Part shown: positions 12,725-25,500 of the stretch, piece after piece
Layout: every line of letters starts with the position of its first letter
Numbering within the stretch: position 1 is the stretch's first letter
Assembly: GCF_964194155.1 (NCBI RefSeq)
Contig: NC_135901.1
Location: 868,001 to 932,000 of the forward strand
Length of the DNA: 64,000 nt
DNA from: Cetorhinus maximus
Taxonomy: Eukaryota
Direction: 5' to 3'
Position numbers and translations under genes: made by a program
The notes under the pieces: generated by a model
Told to the model about the DNA's origin: nothing
Databases searched by the model: none
The model's input: the letters and a program-made list of their open reading frames with translations, nothing else

Positions 12725-13949
12725 TTGTGTTTAACATTGTTACTGATGAGGAATTAACAGTGAGTTTGGTTTCATGTCGAACAGGGTGACAGTTACTGTT
12801 GTCTCATTCCAGAGAAAACTGATCCTCTCTGACCCAAAAACAAAATACTGTAACACTCTAGGTGGAAATCCAACCTAGAACTAGGGGGTCACTGTTTAAA
12901 AATAAGGGGTGGCCCATTTAAGACAGAATTGAAGGGAATATTTTTCACTCAAAGGGTCATGAGTCTTTGGAATTGTCTTCCTCAAAAGGTGGTGGAGGCA
13001 GAGTCTTTGAATATTTTTAAGGCAGAGCTCGGTAGATTCTTGATAAGCAAGGAGGTGAAAGGTTATCAGGGATGGGCAGGAATTTGGAGTTAAGGTTACA
13101 ATTAGATCAGCTCAGTTAGATCAGGCTCAAGGGGCCGAGTGGCCCACTCCTCCTCCTAATTCATATATTTGTTTGACCTCAAAACAGAAAATATTGGAAA
13201 CTCTGAGCAGGTCAAACAGCATCTGCAGAGAGGGAAACAGAGTGAATGCTTCACGTCAGGAACCTTTGATCCAAACTGGAAAAAAATTAGAGATCAAACA
13301 GTTTACCAGCAAGTACAAAGTTAGAGAAAAGAGAGTGGAGGAGGATGGTGGGGTCGAAGGATTTTCTTATGATGAGAGACAACAGTGGGTTTAAAGGTGA
13401 GAGGGACAGTACGAAAAGAGAGAGAACCGTTAAGTATATTGTCTAAAATGTGGAAGTTGGATGGTCAGCAGTTTAGTGGGAATAGTGTCAAGGAAGCCGA
13501 AGGCAGGTCTCATGGACAAGATGAACTGAGGGAGATAGAAGATAGGAGAGAAACTGGAGAAAGATGCAAGTGCAGAGCTTGGACAAGAAGGTGCTTCAGA
13601 TACAGTTTGGCCTGGTGGGCTAGTGGAAGGGAGGGAAGCAGCAGAGGCAGCTGATTGGATTGTCTCAATCTTAGTGACAAAGAAGCTTCATGAGCTTCTC
13701 ATACTTGTTGTTTGAGGTGAGGAGGAGGATACGGGGAAAGGGAGAGCACTTCAAAAGAAACTAACTTCTGTTAGAGAATTTAGAAGATTCACCACACTGT
13801 GCGTTTAGAACAAAGCTGATTTATTTGATTTTTATCCAAAATATTAACCATTATAACTAGGCTGGAGTTTATTAACATCAGCAGAAACAGACCCTAATGA
13901 ACATGGTTCAGTCTTGGGCATGATTAACAGCAAAATCCAATCACTGTAA

Positions 13950-15540
<1,591 letters not shown>

Positions 15541-15639
15541 TATTACAGGTGTTATTAACATCAGCAAAAACCAGAATTAATATGGTTCAATGTTGAATGA
15601 GACTAACAGCAGGCATAACAGCAGAATACAGCTCCTTTA

Positions 15640-15866
15640 GTGACTTGTGGACCCACTGGCATCTCAGCAGGGTGGATAACTGAGTGAATCCCATCCCACA
15701 CTCAGAGCAGGTGAACGGCCTCCCCTAGTGTGAATTCACTGGTGTCTCAGCAGGGTCGATAACTGAGTGAATCCCCTCTTGCACTCAGAGCAGGTGGATA
15801 GCCTCTCCCCAGTGTGAACTGGCTGGTGTCTCAGGAGGTGGGATGATTCAGTGAATCCATCCCATT
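15640..15866 (-). pseudogene. C2H2 zinc-finger relic E (last ~3 fingers plus family 3' UTR)
   Basis: Degenerate [20 protein letters not shown] repeats with indels; ZNF-family 3' UTR at 15545-15640. Confidence 0.7.
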
Positions 15867-15869
15867 CCT

Positions 15870-18110
15870 AGACATTTGCTAATTTGTTTAAATCTAAGCC
15901 CTCTGGTCATTGACATCTCTGTTAATGGAAGTAGGTCCTTCCTATCGACTCCATCTGGCCCCTCATAATTTTATACATCTCAGCTAAATCTCCGCTCAGC
16001 CTCCTCTGATCCAAAGAAAACAACCCCAGCCAATGCAATCTTTCCTCACAGTTAAAATTCTCCAGCCCTGTCAACATCCTCATAAATCTCCTCTGTACCC
16101 TCTCTGTTGTGAACACATCCTTCCTGTAATGCAGTGATCAGAACTTTAGTCAGTAATCTAGCTGTGGTATAACTAGTGTTTTATACTGCTTTAGTATAAA
16201 CCCCCCTGAGTTTGGAATAAAAACAGAAAATGCTAGAAATACTCAGCAGCTCTGGCAGCATCTGAGGAGAGAAAGGGGCTTCAGGTCTGTGATACTTCAT
16301 CAACAGAACATGCTGGAAATATTTCCTGCTCTTGTATTCTATGTCTCAGTTAATAACAAAAAGTATCCTGTCTGCCTTTTTAATCACCTTATCTACCTCT
16401 CCTGTCACCTTCAGGGATCTGTGGACATGCACTCCAATGTCCCTCTGTTCCTCTACACTTCTCACCATCATACCAGTAATATTCTTTCCCTTTGCCTTGG
16501 TTTTCCTCCCCAAATGTATTTATTACCTCACACTTCTCCAGGCTGATCTCCATTTGCTACTTTTTTGCCCACCTGATCAGTCTATTGATATCTTTCTGCA
16601 GCCTATAGCTTTCTTCCTTACTGTTAACCACAAGGCTCCCAATATCCTAATCATGGCCCATATGTTAAAGTCTAAATCAGTGATTTATACCATAAAGCAT
16701 GGGATCCTGCAGTAAGCCATCCAGAGCTCCACTGGAAACAGCCCTCTTGTCCCAAAAACACCTCTCAACCATTCCCCTTCATGATCGTCCAGCACATAGG
16801 ATGCATCCTGGTTTTCCCACATGGAACCGGATGCGAAATTCACAGGACTTGTATGCCCTGCCATCCCTTTGTTTATCCAATTATTAATTCATTTAAGCAA
16901 AATAAACTAATGATTAAAATAATTAAGGATTCATCGGCTACTCTCCAATTAGCTTCTTCCATCGTGTTGAAGTCAGCTTATTTTTATAGGAAATTAACAG
17001 AAATGTTTGAGTTGATTAGGATTATATTCGCTGGAGTTCAGAAGAACGAGGGGGGATCTCATAGAAACCTATAAAATTTTAACAGGACTAGACAGGGTCG
17101 ATGCAGGATAAATGTTCCCGATGGTGGGTGAGTCCAGAACCAGGGGTCACAGTCTGAGCATATGGGGTAGACCATTTAGGACTGAGATGAGGAGAAATTT
17201 CTTCACCCAGAGAGTGGTGAGCCTGTGGAATTCGTTACCACAGAAAGAAGTTGAGACCAAAACATTGTATGTTTTCAAGAAGGAGTTAGATATAGCTCTT
17301 GGGGTGAAAGGGATCAAAGGGTATGGGGAGAAAGCAGGAGCAGGCTATTGAGTTGGATGATCAGTCATGATCATAATGAATGGCAGAGCAGGCTCGAAGG
17401 GCCGAATGGCCTACTCCTGCTCCTAGTTTTTTATGTTTTTCTTAACTCCGAATACCTAAACACCTCAGAGTTTAATTTCCTGAAAAATTCAGACTTCTTC
17501 ACTATTTCAATTCCTGGTTAGTTAGCTTTATCATTATCCCCTAGATTTGATTAATTACTGACTCTAATTATATGATAAATTATCAATTTGTCTTTAGTTT
17601 TAGGCTGTGATTACTTTATAGTTGATCAATGCAGTGACCAGAGCTGTACTCAGTACTCTAGCTGTGCTCTAACTAGTGTTTCACACAATTCTAACATAAT
17701 CTCCCTGCTCTTACATTCTAGTCCTCAGACAAGAAAGTGTCCCAAATGCCTTTTTGACCACCTGATCTACCTGTCCAGCCACATTCAGGGATCTGTGGAT
17801 CTGCACTCCAAGGTCTCTTTGTTCCACAAAACGGGATGCTGCTGAGAAGTATATTGTTCATTCTCTTGTCTTGTTTACCCTCCCAAATTCTTTATCTCAC
17901 ACTGCTCCAGATTGAATTCCATTTGCCATTTTTCTGCCCATCTGACCAGTCCTTTGATATCTTCCTGCAGTCCACAGCTTTCTGCCTCATTGTCAGCCAC
18001 ACCAGCAACTATTGTATCGTCTGTAAACTTCTTAAATGTAGGGGCAATGAGTAAGTCCAAATCATTGATATAAACCACAAACTGCGGAACACCATTGGAA
18101 ACAGGCGCCC
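15870..18110. mobile_element. Cluster of CR1 fragments on both strands
   Basis: ERVQRRFMRML (15922-16116, -), RTRGHSL...RNFFTQRVV..WNSLP (17112-17351, +), YINDLD...KFTDD (17875-18078, -). Confidence 0.75.
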
Positions 18111-18196
18111 AGACATGATTCAGTGCTGGATGTGATTAACAGCAGCAATAACAACAGAACCCAACCCCTGCTGTTGCATGTGAACTTGCTGGTGTC

Positions 18197-19267
18197 TTAG
18201 CAGGTTGTTTGACTGAGCAAATCCTTCCCACACATTGAGCAGGTGAACGGCCTCTCCCCAGTGTGAACTCGCCGGTGTGTCAGCAGATTCCTTTTACTTT
18301 TAAATCTCTTCTCACAGTGAGAACACTTAAAAGGTCTATGATCAGTGTGAACAAGTTGGTGTGTAGTAAGATGAGATGTCTGAGTGAATCTCTTGCTGCA
18401 CACAAGGCAGGTGTATGGTTTCTCCCCAGAGTGAACTCGCTGGTGTATCACAAGGTCAGATGAATCAATGAATTCCTGTCCACATTGACTGCAGGTGAAT
18501 GGCCTCTCCCCAGTGTGAACTCGATGGTGTCTCACCAGGTGGGCTAACCGAGTGAATCTCTTCCCACAGATAGAGCAGGTGAATGGCCTCTCCCCAGTGT
18601 GAGTTTGTTGGTGTTTCAGAAGATCCTTTTTGCTTTTAAATGTCTTCTCACAGTCAGAACAATGAAAAGGTCTCTGATCAGTGTGAACAAATTGGTGTGT
18701 CAGAAGGTGGGATGAACAATTGAATCTCTTACTACACACGGAGCAGGTGAATGGCCTCTCCCCAGTGTGAGTGCGTTCGTGGTTCAGTAAATCCTTTTTG
18801 CTTTTAAAGCTCTTCTCACAGTCACAACATTCAAAAGGTCTCTTGTCAGTGTGAACAAGTTTGTGTGTCAGGAGGTGGGATGACTGAGTGAATCCCTTCC
18901 CACACACTGAGCAGGTGAATGGCCTCTCCCCAGTGTGAGTGCGTTGGTGTGTCAGTAGATCCTTTCTGCTTTTAAAGCTCTTCTCACAGTCAGAACATTT
19001 AAGTGGTCTCTCATCAGAGTGAGCCCGATGGTGAGTCTGGAGGTTTGATAAAGCATTAAATCCCTTCCCACATTCAAGGCAGGTGAATGACCTCTCACCA
19101 GTATGAACATGCTGGTGTGTGTAGAGGCTGGATGACTGAGTGAATCCCTTCCCACACACAGAGCAGGTGAACGGTCTCTCCCCAGTGTGACTGCGTCGAT
19201 GAGTTTCCACCTCAGATGGGGAATTGAATCCCTTCCCACAGTCCCCACATTTCCACGGTTTCCCCAT
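18197..19267 (-). CDS. C2H2 zinc-finger protein F, 12 intact fingers; 13th broken by a 1-nt frameshift
   Basis: 356-aa ORF starting at ACC ATG G; acceptor at 19616/19617 with decayed upstream fingers. Confidence 0.85.
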   Translation of the reverse strand: MGKPWKCGDCGKGFNSPSEVETHRRSHTGERPFTCSVCGKGFTQSSSLYTHQHVHTGERSFTCLECGKGFNALSNLQTHHRAHSDERPLKCSDCEKSFKSRKDLLTHQRTHTGERPFTCSVCGKGFTQSSHLLTHKLVHTDKRPFECCDCEKSFKSKKDLLNHERTHTGERPFTCSVCSKRFNCSSHLLTHQFVHTDQRPFHCSDCEKTFKSKKDLLKHQQTHTGERPFTCSICGKRFTRLAHLVRHHRVHTGERPFTCSQCGQEFIDSSDLVIHQRVHSGEKPYTCLVCSKRFTQTSHLTTHQLVHTDHRPFKCSHCEKRFKSKRNLLTHRRVHTGERPFTCSMCGKDLLSQTTC

Positions 19268-20069
19268 GGTGCGGGTGTCCTTGTGTCTCTCCAGGTTGCG
19301 TGGTTAGTTGTACCCAGGCCACACACATACAATATGTGTACAGTCTCTCCCCACTGTGATGTTTTTTCAGGCTGTGTAACTGGTTAAAACTCTTTCCACA
19401 GTCAATTCACTGCAACACTGTCACTCGGGTGTGTGTCTGTCTTCATGCTTTTCCAGTCACATTTATGTTTGAAATCTTTTCTCACAGACAAACATTCCTC
19501 CTTCCACATTCAAAGGCCGATGACATTCAGGCCCTGGTGGAGCAATTGTCTCTGTCAGATCTTGATGTGATGTTTGGTTTGAATTTCCCATCTGCAAATC
19601 AAACCCTCCGAATACCCTGTAAAAAGAGTTTAATTTGAAATACTCAAAATATGCAATGCACAAACAGGCCATTCTGTCCAACTATTCTGCTAGTTTTATG
19701 CTTCTCCTCCCATTCCATCCAAATTATCTCAGCCTTTCAGTTTATCTTTCTAATCCCTTTTCTCTCACGTACTCATCTAGTTTCCTGTTGAAATTATCAG
19801 TTTTCGTCCCTCAATGGTTTCCTGTGAGTTCCACATCCTCACCACTCTCTGAGTAAAGAAATTTCAAGTGGAAACATTGTCTCCATATCTACTCCATCCA
19901 ACCCATTGATCATTGTAAAGACCTCCATCAGCTCACTGTTCACTCTTCCTTTTCTCAAGAAAAAAAGCCCCAATCCAAACTTTCCCAACGCCTGTAATTT
20001 TTTTTTGGTTTCCAAAACCCATCCCCCTGTCAGTTCAGGATAGAAATTCACAACATTCTCTCCTCCTGC

Positions 20070-20440
20070 ACCGGGTTTGTCACCGGGACATTTCCTCTCG
20101 GGTCCACTCGGTGCAAACGGGGGGTCGGTAGCTACTCATTCGAGGTTTGCGGTTTACACAACATGTTTCCGGAGCCTCCCCGTCCACCTGCCGGATCCCT
20201 CGCTCCCTCCACCCCGCCATCCACCCCTTTACCCATAGTGGATCCGGGAAGCAAGCGTCTGTCCCTGGTCATGACTGACACTGCGCATGCTCCCAGCACT
20301 GGGTGGCACCGCGCCTGCGCACTGCTCCGCTGCGGTATGGATAGGGGACATTTTCCACCCGCGGGATATGCTGGGTAAAAGCGACGCCATTGTAAACAGA
20401 AATTTTTTATTGCTTTCACACTGGGATCGGACGGCAAATT
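20070..20440 (-). promoter_or_regulatory. CpG-rich promoter/first exon of ZNF F
   Basis: Shares TTGCGGTTTACACAACATGTTTCCGGAGCC with 12259-12288; CTGCGCATGCTC at 20281. Confidence 0.65.
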
Positions 20441-20449
20441 GGTAAGATG

Positions 20450-21595
20450 AAATCCGTGCTGGCTTTCCTTTCCATATTTGTCGGCGTGATTATTAATTTT
20501 ATCCCGAATCATTGTTTCAAGAAGTTTCCCCACCGCTGAAGTTAAACTGACTGATCTGTAGTTACTGGACTTATCTTTACCCTTTTTCAACAAAATTGTA
20601 ACGTTTGCAATTCTCCAGTCCTCTGAACCACCTCTGAGTCTAAGTAAGATTGGAAAATTATGTCCTTTGCCTCCACAATTTCCACTCTCACTTCCCTCAT
20701 TATCCTTGGATGCAACTCATTCAGTCCTGGTGCTTTATCAACTTTGAGCATAGACAGCCTACCTAATATCTCCTTCTTATCAATTTTAAATACTCCTAGT
20801 GTTTTAATTACCTCCTATTTCACCGTAGCCTGGTAGCATCTTCCTTGGTAAAGACAGATGCAAAATATTCTTTCTCTGTGAAATATTATTCTCTCATTTA
20901 TTCTCTCTCCAGGAAGAATGAGTCCATTGCCATTTGTTGTTTCATTGGCCTTTATTGCCTTTCATCATCCTTATTTGGCCTTTAATGCGAGGGGATTGGA
21001 GTACCAGAATGAAGTTGTCTTGCTACAATTATACAGGGCTTTGCTGAGACCACAATTGCGACCCTGTGTGCAGTTTTGATTTCCAGATTTAAGAATACAT
21101 TAGAGGTAGTACAGTGAAGGTTCACCACCTTGGTCCCTGGGATGAAATGGTTGTCCTATGGTGAGTGACTGAGTAAATTGGTCTTATAATCTCAGGAGCT
21201 AAAAGATGAGAGGTGATCCCATTGAAACATATAAGATTCTGGAGGAGCTTGACAGGGCAGGCATGGAGAGGTTGTCTCCCTGGCTGAAGAATCAAAAACA
21301 CGGGGCGCAGACTCAGGATTAGGAGCCAATCATTTAGGACTGAGAAGAGGAGAAATTTATTCACTCATGCTGTTGTGAGGCTTTGGAACTCTGTACTCCA
21401 AAGGGTTTCGGATGCTCCATTGTTGAATACATTTAAGGCTGAGATAGACAAATTTTTGCTCTCTTGGTGAATCAATGGAAATGGGGAACAGGAAGAAAAG
21501 TGGAGTTGAAGCCAACGATCGGCCATGATCATATTCAATGATGGAGCAGGCTGGAGGGGCCCAATTATCTATTCTGCTGCTATTTCTCATGAACT
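20450..21595. mobile_element. Two CR1 fragments (20450-20870 minus; 20975-21595 plus)
   Basis: KKGKDKSSNYRSVSLTS..GKLLE..IRDKI on minus; CR1 3' half and tail on plus. Confidence 0.7.
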
Positions 21596-22400
21596 TAGAT
21601 CCAGGAAATCCTTTTAACTTGTGAAACTGATTCTATTTCTGATTCCCAGCTGTTTGTGTTTTAATCTTGTCCCATTAAGTAATTTTAACGTGACTGAAGA
21701 CGGTTTTACTGATCAATGGACATTGAGCTCTCAGTGACTGCAGTGCAGAAACCACTCGTTTAACTGTTCTGTGTGAAAATGGGAAACTGAATAGGAAACG
21801 GTTAACAGGTGCACTTCTCTCCAATACTGAGGTTAGAGAGGGGAAATGTGTTGTTGACAGCAAGCAGTCTCAGGCATTCCATGTCTGATTGGTTGTTTTT
21901 ACTTAATTGGAAAAAATAGGGAAGTGTAACACAGAAATAGGAGGAGTTCATATACCACCACCCCCCCACTCCCCCAACATTTTACATCATTATTTTGTTA
22001 AACACTCCAATATTTAGTCTTTTTAATCCCATTTGTCTTCAATACTCGACTTTCCAAGAGCTTCTTTTAAATTCTTCAACTCATCTGTGATGGGCCACAC
22101 TCTGTGCCAAGCCTGCCTTTTTAGGAAATAAATTGATTGTAATTTCTCTCTGTCAGACTAACTTTCTCTCTTTCTATGTATCTGTCTTTCTCACTCTGCA
22201 TCATTCTCCATCAATCCCACTCTCCACCGTATTTGTAATATATATTGTTCTTCAATAGAAACAGGGGGAGGTCATTCAGCCATTGACACTACTTTGAATT
22301 CACTAAGAGAATTACTGATCTGCCTATCAGCATCATTCCCTTACCTCCATATTCCTCGCTCAACAAAAACGGAAACAACTCTGGCAAACCTCCAGGAGGA

Positions 22401-22483
22401 GGCTGGGTGGGGGGTGTTCAACTCACTTGAGCATTTGTTTATTGAACCCAAGTCCAACACCTTAATCACTCGACGATCCTGCT
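22401..22483 (-). pseudogene. tRNA-Leu(TAA)-derived pseudogene
   Basis: Minus strand AGCAGGATCGTCGAGTGATTAAGGTGTTGGACTTGGGTTCAATAAACAAATGCTCAAGTGAGTTGAACACCCC aligns by eye to vertebrate tRNA-Leu-TAA (ACCAGGATGGCCGAGTGGTTAAGGCGTTGGACTTAAGATCCAATGGACATATG...); anticodon and B-box degenerate. Confidence 0.65.
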
Positions 22484-23110
22484 GCATTGGAACCATTTGC
22501 TGACCGCTCATTGAACCAGACAGTTCACATTCCAATTGTCATGATGGGTTTCTTTTCCTCAAATGTTTCTTAGTTCTATTTTCATCAGAATGATGAATAT
22601 TATTTCCGATTTGACATGACTGACAAGTTTCTCTCGGTATTATAACGAGACTGTTTCCATTTGCTCAGCATTAACTGCATCTGGTAAGAGATACTTTGGA
22701 ATTATTTGAACTTGGCTTCAACCCATGAACCCAATGGTTCACTGAGGGCTCGGTGATACATGTGATCCCGACAAATTCACGATGTGGGAAAGAGACTGTG
22801 ATGAGAATCTGTGTATCTACATATGTATCATTATTACACAGACAGAGATAAAAAGGAGGAAAACTGAAATGAATGGGGTATATGAAGGCAGACATAAAGA
22901 CAGAAGAATACATGATGGATGTACACTGCTTATAATGTACCTTTACTCTTCTGTGATTACAGATATCCTGTAACATGATAGTTCTGAACTTGATGTTGTT
23001 TATCATATTTTGATTCAAGATTCAAACATCCACCTTCAAATTTGACATGTGGAGAATCTTCTCTGTTGCAGAGAGCTAGCTGCCTTTTCAGAGACTCATC
23101 AGAGGTTTCA

Positions 23111-23270
23111 ATGATGATGATGATGATGGTGATGGCGATCATTACTATTATTTTATGTCTATATAACAAAGAAACAGTGGAAAGTGGGAGGGATCCTCTT
23201 GTGACAGTTAATGAGGAAAGTAATGCCACACTAACCTGCACCTTTAAATTGAGGAATCGTAGACCTCAAC
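23111..23270 (+). pseudogene. Truncated Ig-superfamily V-like fragment with a hydrophobic leader-like start
   Basis: MMMMMMVMAIITIILCLYNKETVESGRDPLVTVNEESNATLTCTF resembles V-domain strands A'-B; no Trp or second Cys follows. Confidence 0.4.
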
Positions 23271-23513
23271 GATATAGTCAGAAGGTCAGTAAACCTCCAC
23301 CATGTCACACAGGAATGTTATTCCCACTCGGTCTGTAACAGTGGAACCATTCCCCCTGTAAGCAGACTGACTGTAGCCCAGTTCGGGGTGTTTCCATTCA
23401 CTGATATAAGGAGGTGAGAACATCCTGAGACACGACAGCAGATTATTGAGGGTGGGGTTTAGAACGGTTGTCTTCAAATATCCAGCTCTCCTTTCACAGA
23501 GCAGATAGAGACA

Positions 23514-23968
23514 ATGCGGCTCCTCAGCATCTGAATTGTGCGGGGTGCGTTTCTGACAGGTAATTATGGGTTAAACACATTTACTTCTTTAATTAGTTTT
23601 CTGAACATTATTTGAGCTAGAATTTTTAAAACCCGCAGGACTGAGTTTTTCCTGTTCGAACATTTTCTTCAGATCTGAGCCTTGGAGATTCTGTCACTCA
23701 ACCTCTGTCCTCGGGAAGTTACATTAGAAGGAAAAGTGGTGACTTTGCACTGTCTCTATGGGGGCACACGGAGCATCAATTATTTATACTGGTCCCGGCA
23801 TCCTCCAGACACACAGCCCAAGTTTATTCTGATGAAATACACCAGCGGTTATGCAGATAAAGCAGATTTTACAACAGCTCGTTTCTCAGCAGAGCTTAAG
23901 TTCACCATGTTGACTCTTTGAGGGCTACAACTGACAGACATTGCAGAGTGTTACTGCTCCCCGAGGCT
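23514..23968 (+). pseudogene. T-cell receptor alpha/delta-type V pseudogene 1 (leader 23514-23559, V exon 23673-23968)
   Basis: 46-nt phase-1 leader MRLLSI*IVRGAFLT with GT donor; AG acceptor; DLSLGDSVTQP/EVTLEGKVVTLHCLY...YLYWSRHPPDTQPKFIL...RFSAEL...LTL*GLQLTDIAECYC; stops, a frameshift and a deletion. Confidence 0.88.
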
Positions 23969-24007
23969 CTCAGTGACAGAAACCAGTGAAACTCTCAAAC
24001 AGAAACT
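23969..24007 (+). other. 23-bp-spacer recombination signal sequence (degenerate heptamer)
   Basis: CTCAGTG + exactly 23 nt + ACAGAAACT directly after the V exon. Confidence 0.85.
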
Positions 24008-24500
24008 CCCCTCGCTCTAGATACCTGGGCTCCAGCTGCTGACGCCTGATATAAGGGCGATCAGATGCTGACACGGTGCTGAGTCACGCTGCTGTGAGCT
24101 GACACACACTGAGATGGAGACAGGAAGCAGCCCCTTGTGTGAAGGGCTCACAACAGACTGATTCTGTGACACTGAGGAATGTTCTTGAGTGTCAGAAATC
24201 GTTGTCTCTGTGCTGATCTGAATATTGAGCCATGATTTTAAGGAGATAAATATTTGATCAGAAGCAGGAAGGAAGGTTTAACTTGTACATTTTTTCTCTG
24301 ATGGGTCTGTCTATCCGATTGGATTCTTCAATTTGTTTTCTTGGCTGCTCCTGGAGACAGTTGTGTGATAGTTTGACCCGAGGTTAATTTGATTTCCTCT
24401 AGATCTGTGTCTGAGCGCCTGACAGCCACATTATGGCTGTATCTGCCGAGATTCTATCTGACACCCAACAGACAGGAGCGCCCAGCCACAGTCCAAAGGT

Positions 24501-24539
24501 AGGTTTTGTACAGAGGTGAGACAGTTTTCCATCATTATG
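24501..24539 (-). other. 23-bp-spacer recombination signal sequence (degenerate heptamer)
   Basis: Minus strand CATAATG + exactly 23 nt + ACAAAACCT after YYCALSQT. Confidence 0.88.
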
Positions 24540-24988
24540 AGTCTGAGAAAGAGCGCAGTAATACACGGCACATTCAGCCAGCTGCAGCCCCGAAACAGTT
24601 AAACTGGTGAATTTAGTTGTGGCCTGGAGCTCAGATGAGAAACGAATTCCGAAGTCATCTTCTGTCTGTTGTTGTTCATCCCAAGACCATCTCCACACAA
24701 CAAACTGGAGTTCCTTGTCTGGTTGTTGCCAGCACCAATATAAATAATACAAGTTTTATGCAGTGCTATGGGTACATATTGAAGTGATTGTTCCACCTTC
24801 TCTCACGCTCTTTGATGCCTTGGGCTGAGTAACTGAATCTCCAATGTAACATGCGTTCAGGAAGAAGACAAGACCGAGTATTAAAAAGTGAAACAATATT
24901 AACACTTTAGTTTGAATACAGTACGACTGGAGTCATCCTTATCGAATATAAACATCCTAAGCACAACCCAGATGCTCAATATCTCCCT
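24540..24988 (-). pseudogene. T-cell receptor alpha/delta-type V pseudogene 2 (leader 24943-24988, V exon 24540-24853)
   Basis: GDSVTQPKASKSVREGGTITSICTHSTA*NLYYLYWCWQQPDKELQFVVWR...RFSSELQATTKFTSLTVSGLQLAECAVYYCALS; TAA at 24756-24758; leader (R)EILSIWVVLRMFIF with ATG>AGG, donor GT>AT, acceptor AG>CG. Confidence 0.9.
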
Positions 24989-25423
24989 GGCCGCTGCCGA
25001 GCCCGAACCTGCCGGTCCCTTTATGAGGTCAAACCCAGACTAGAACAGACCCCATCAGAGGATTCTGTAGATTCATCATCACTTCCTCCTCCCACTGTTC
25101 TCCTACAATGACGCCATATATTTAAATCAGATTGAAATGATGGCCCTGGGTCACTTGCAGCCCTTTGGTCCACAGCATAAAATCTCTGCCGATGGGGGTC
25201 AGTCATTCAGTGAGTACAGTCTATGGTGTGAGGTTAACTGCAGCCTTACTGAGGTTTGGAGATTTAGTTCCTAGGCTCGAATCGGTCAGTTTGCTGATTG
25301 TTTAGTTCTGCCCGTGTATGATGACCTACAAAGAGCATAAACTTCATTGTCATGTCCATTCCATGTTTACACTCTGTATGATAGATTTCCACTGATCACT
25401 TATATCACTGCCATGCACCTGCT

Positions 25424-25500
25424 TTCCAGGTGACCTAGTGGTTAGAATTTAGTACTTTCTGCACTGTGACCTGTGTTCAATTCCCAGGTGATGCTGGGAA
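25424..25500 (+). pseudogene. tRNA-Glu(TTC)-like pseudogene
   Basis: TTCCAGGTGACCTAGTGGTTAGAATTTAGTACT-TTC-TGCACTGTGACCTGTGTTCAATTCCC aligns by eye to tRNA-Glu (TCCCTGGTGGTCTAGTGGTTAGGATTCGGCGCT...GGTTCGATTCCC), largely via CpG decay. Confidence 0.7.

Noticed and set aside
12565-12789. Duplicated 63-74 aa ORF (also 46430-46621) as a conserved microprotein
   Set aside because: Non-ATG start and its core is the translation of the tRNA-Val relic; conservation is at nucleotide level
22695-22775. Further tRNA-like B-box on minus (GGGTTGAAGCC)
   Set aside because: No convincing A-box or cloverleaf alignment by eye
21770-22870. IRF/PU.1-like words (GGGAAACTGAA, AGGGAAGTG, GGAAAACTGAAA) near the V island
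   Set aside because: Short, imperfect motifs expected by chance in AT-rich DNA
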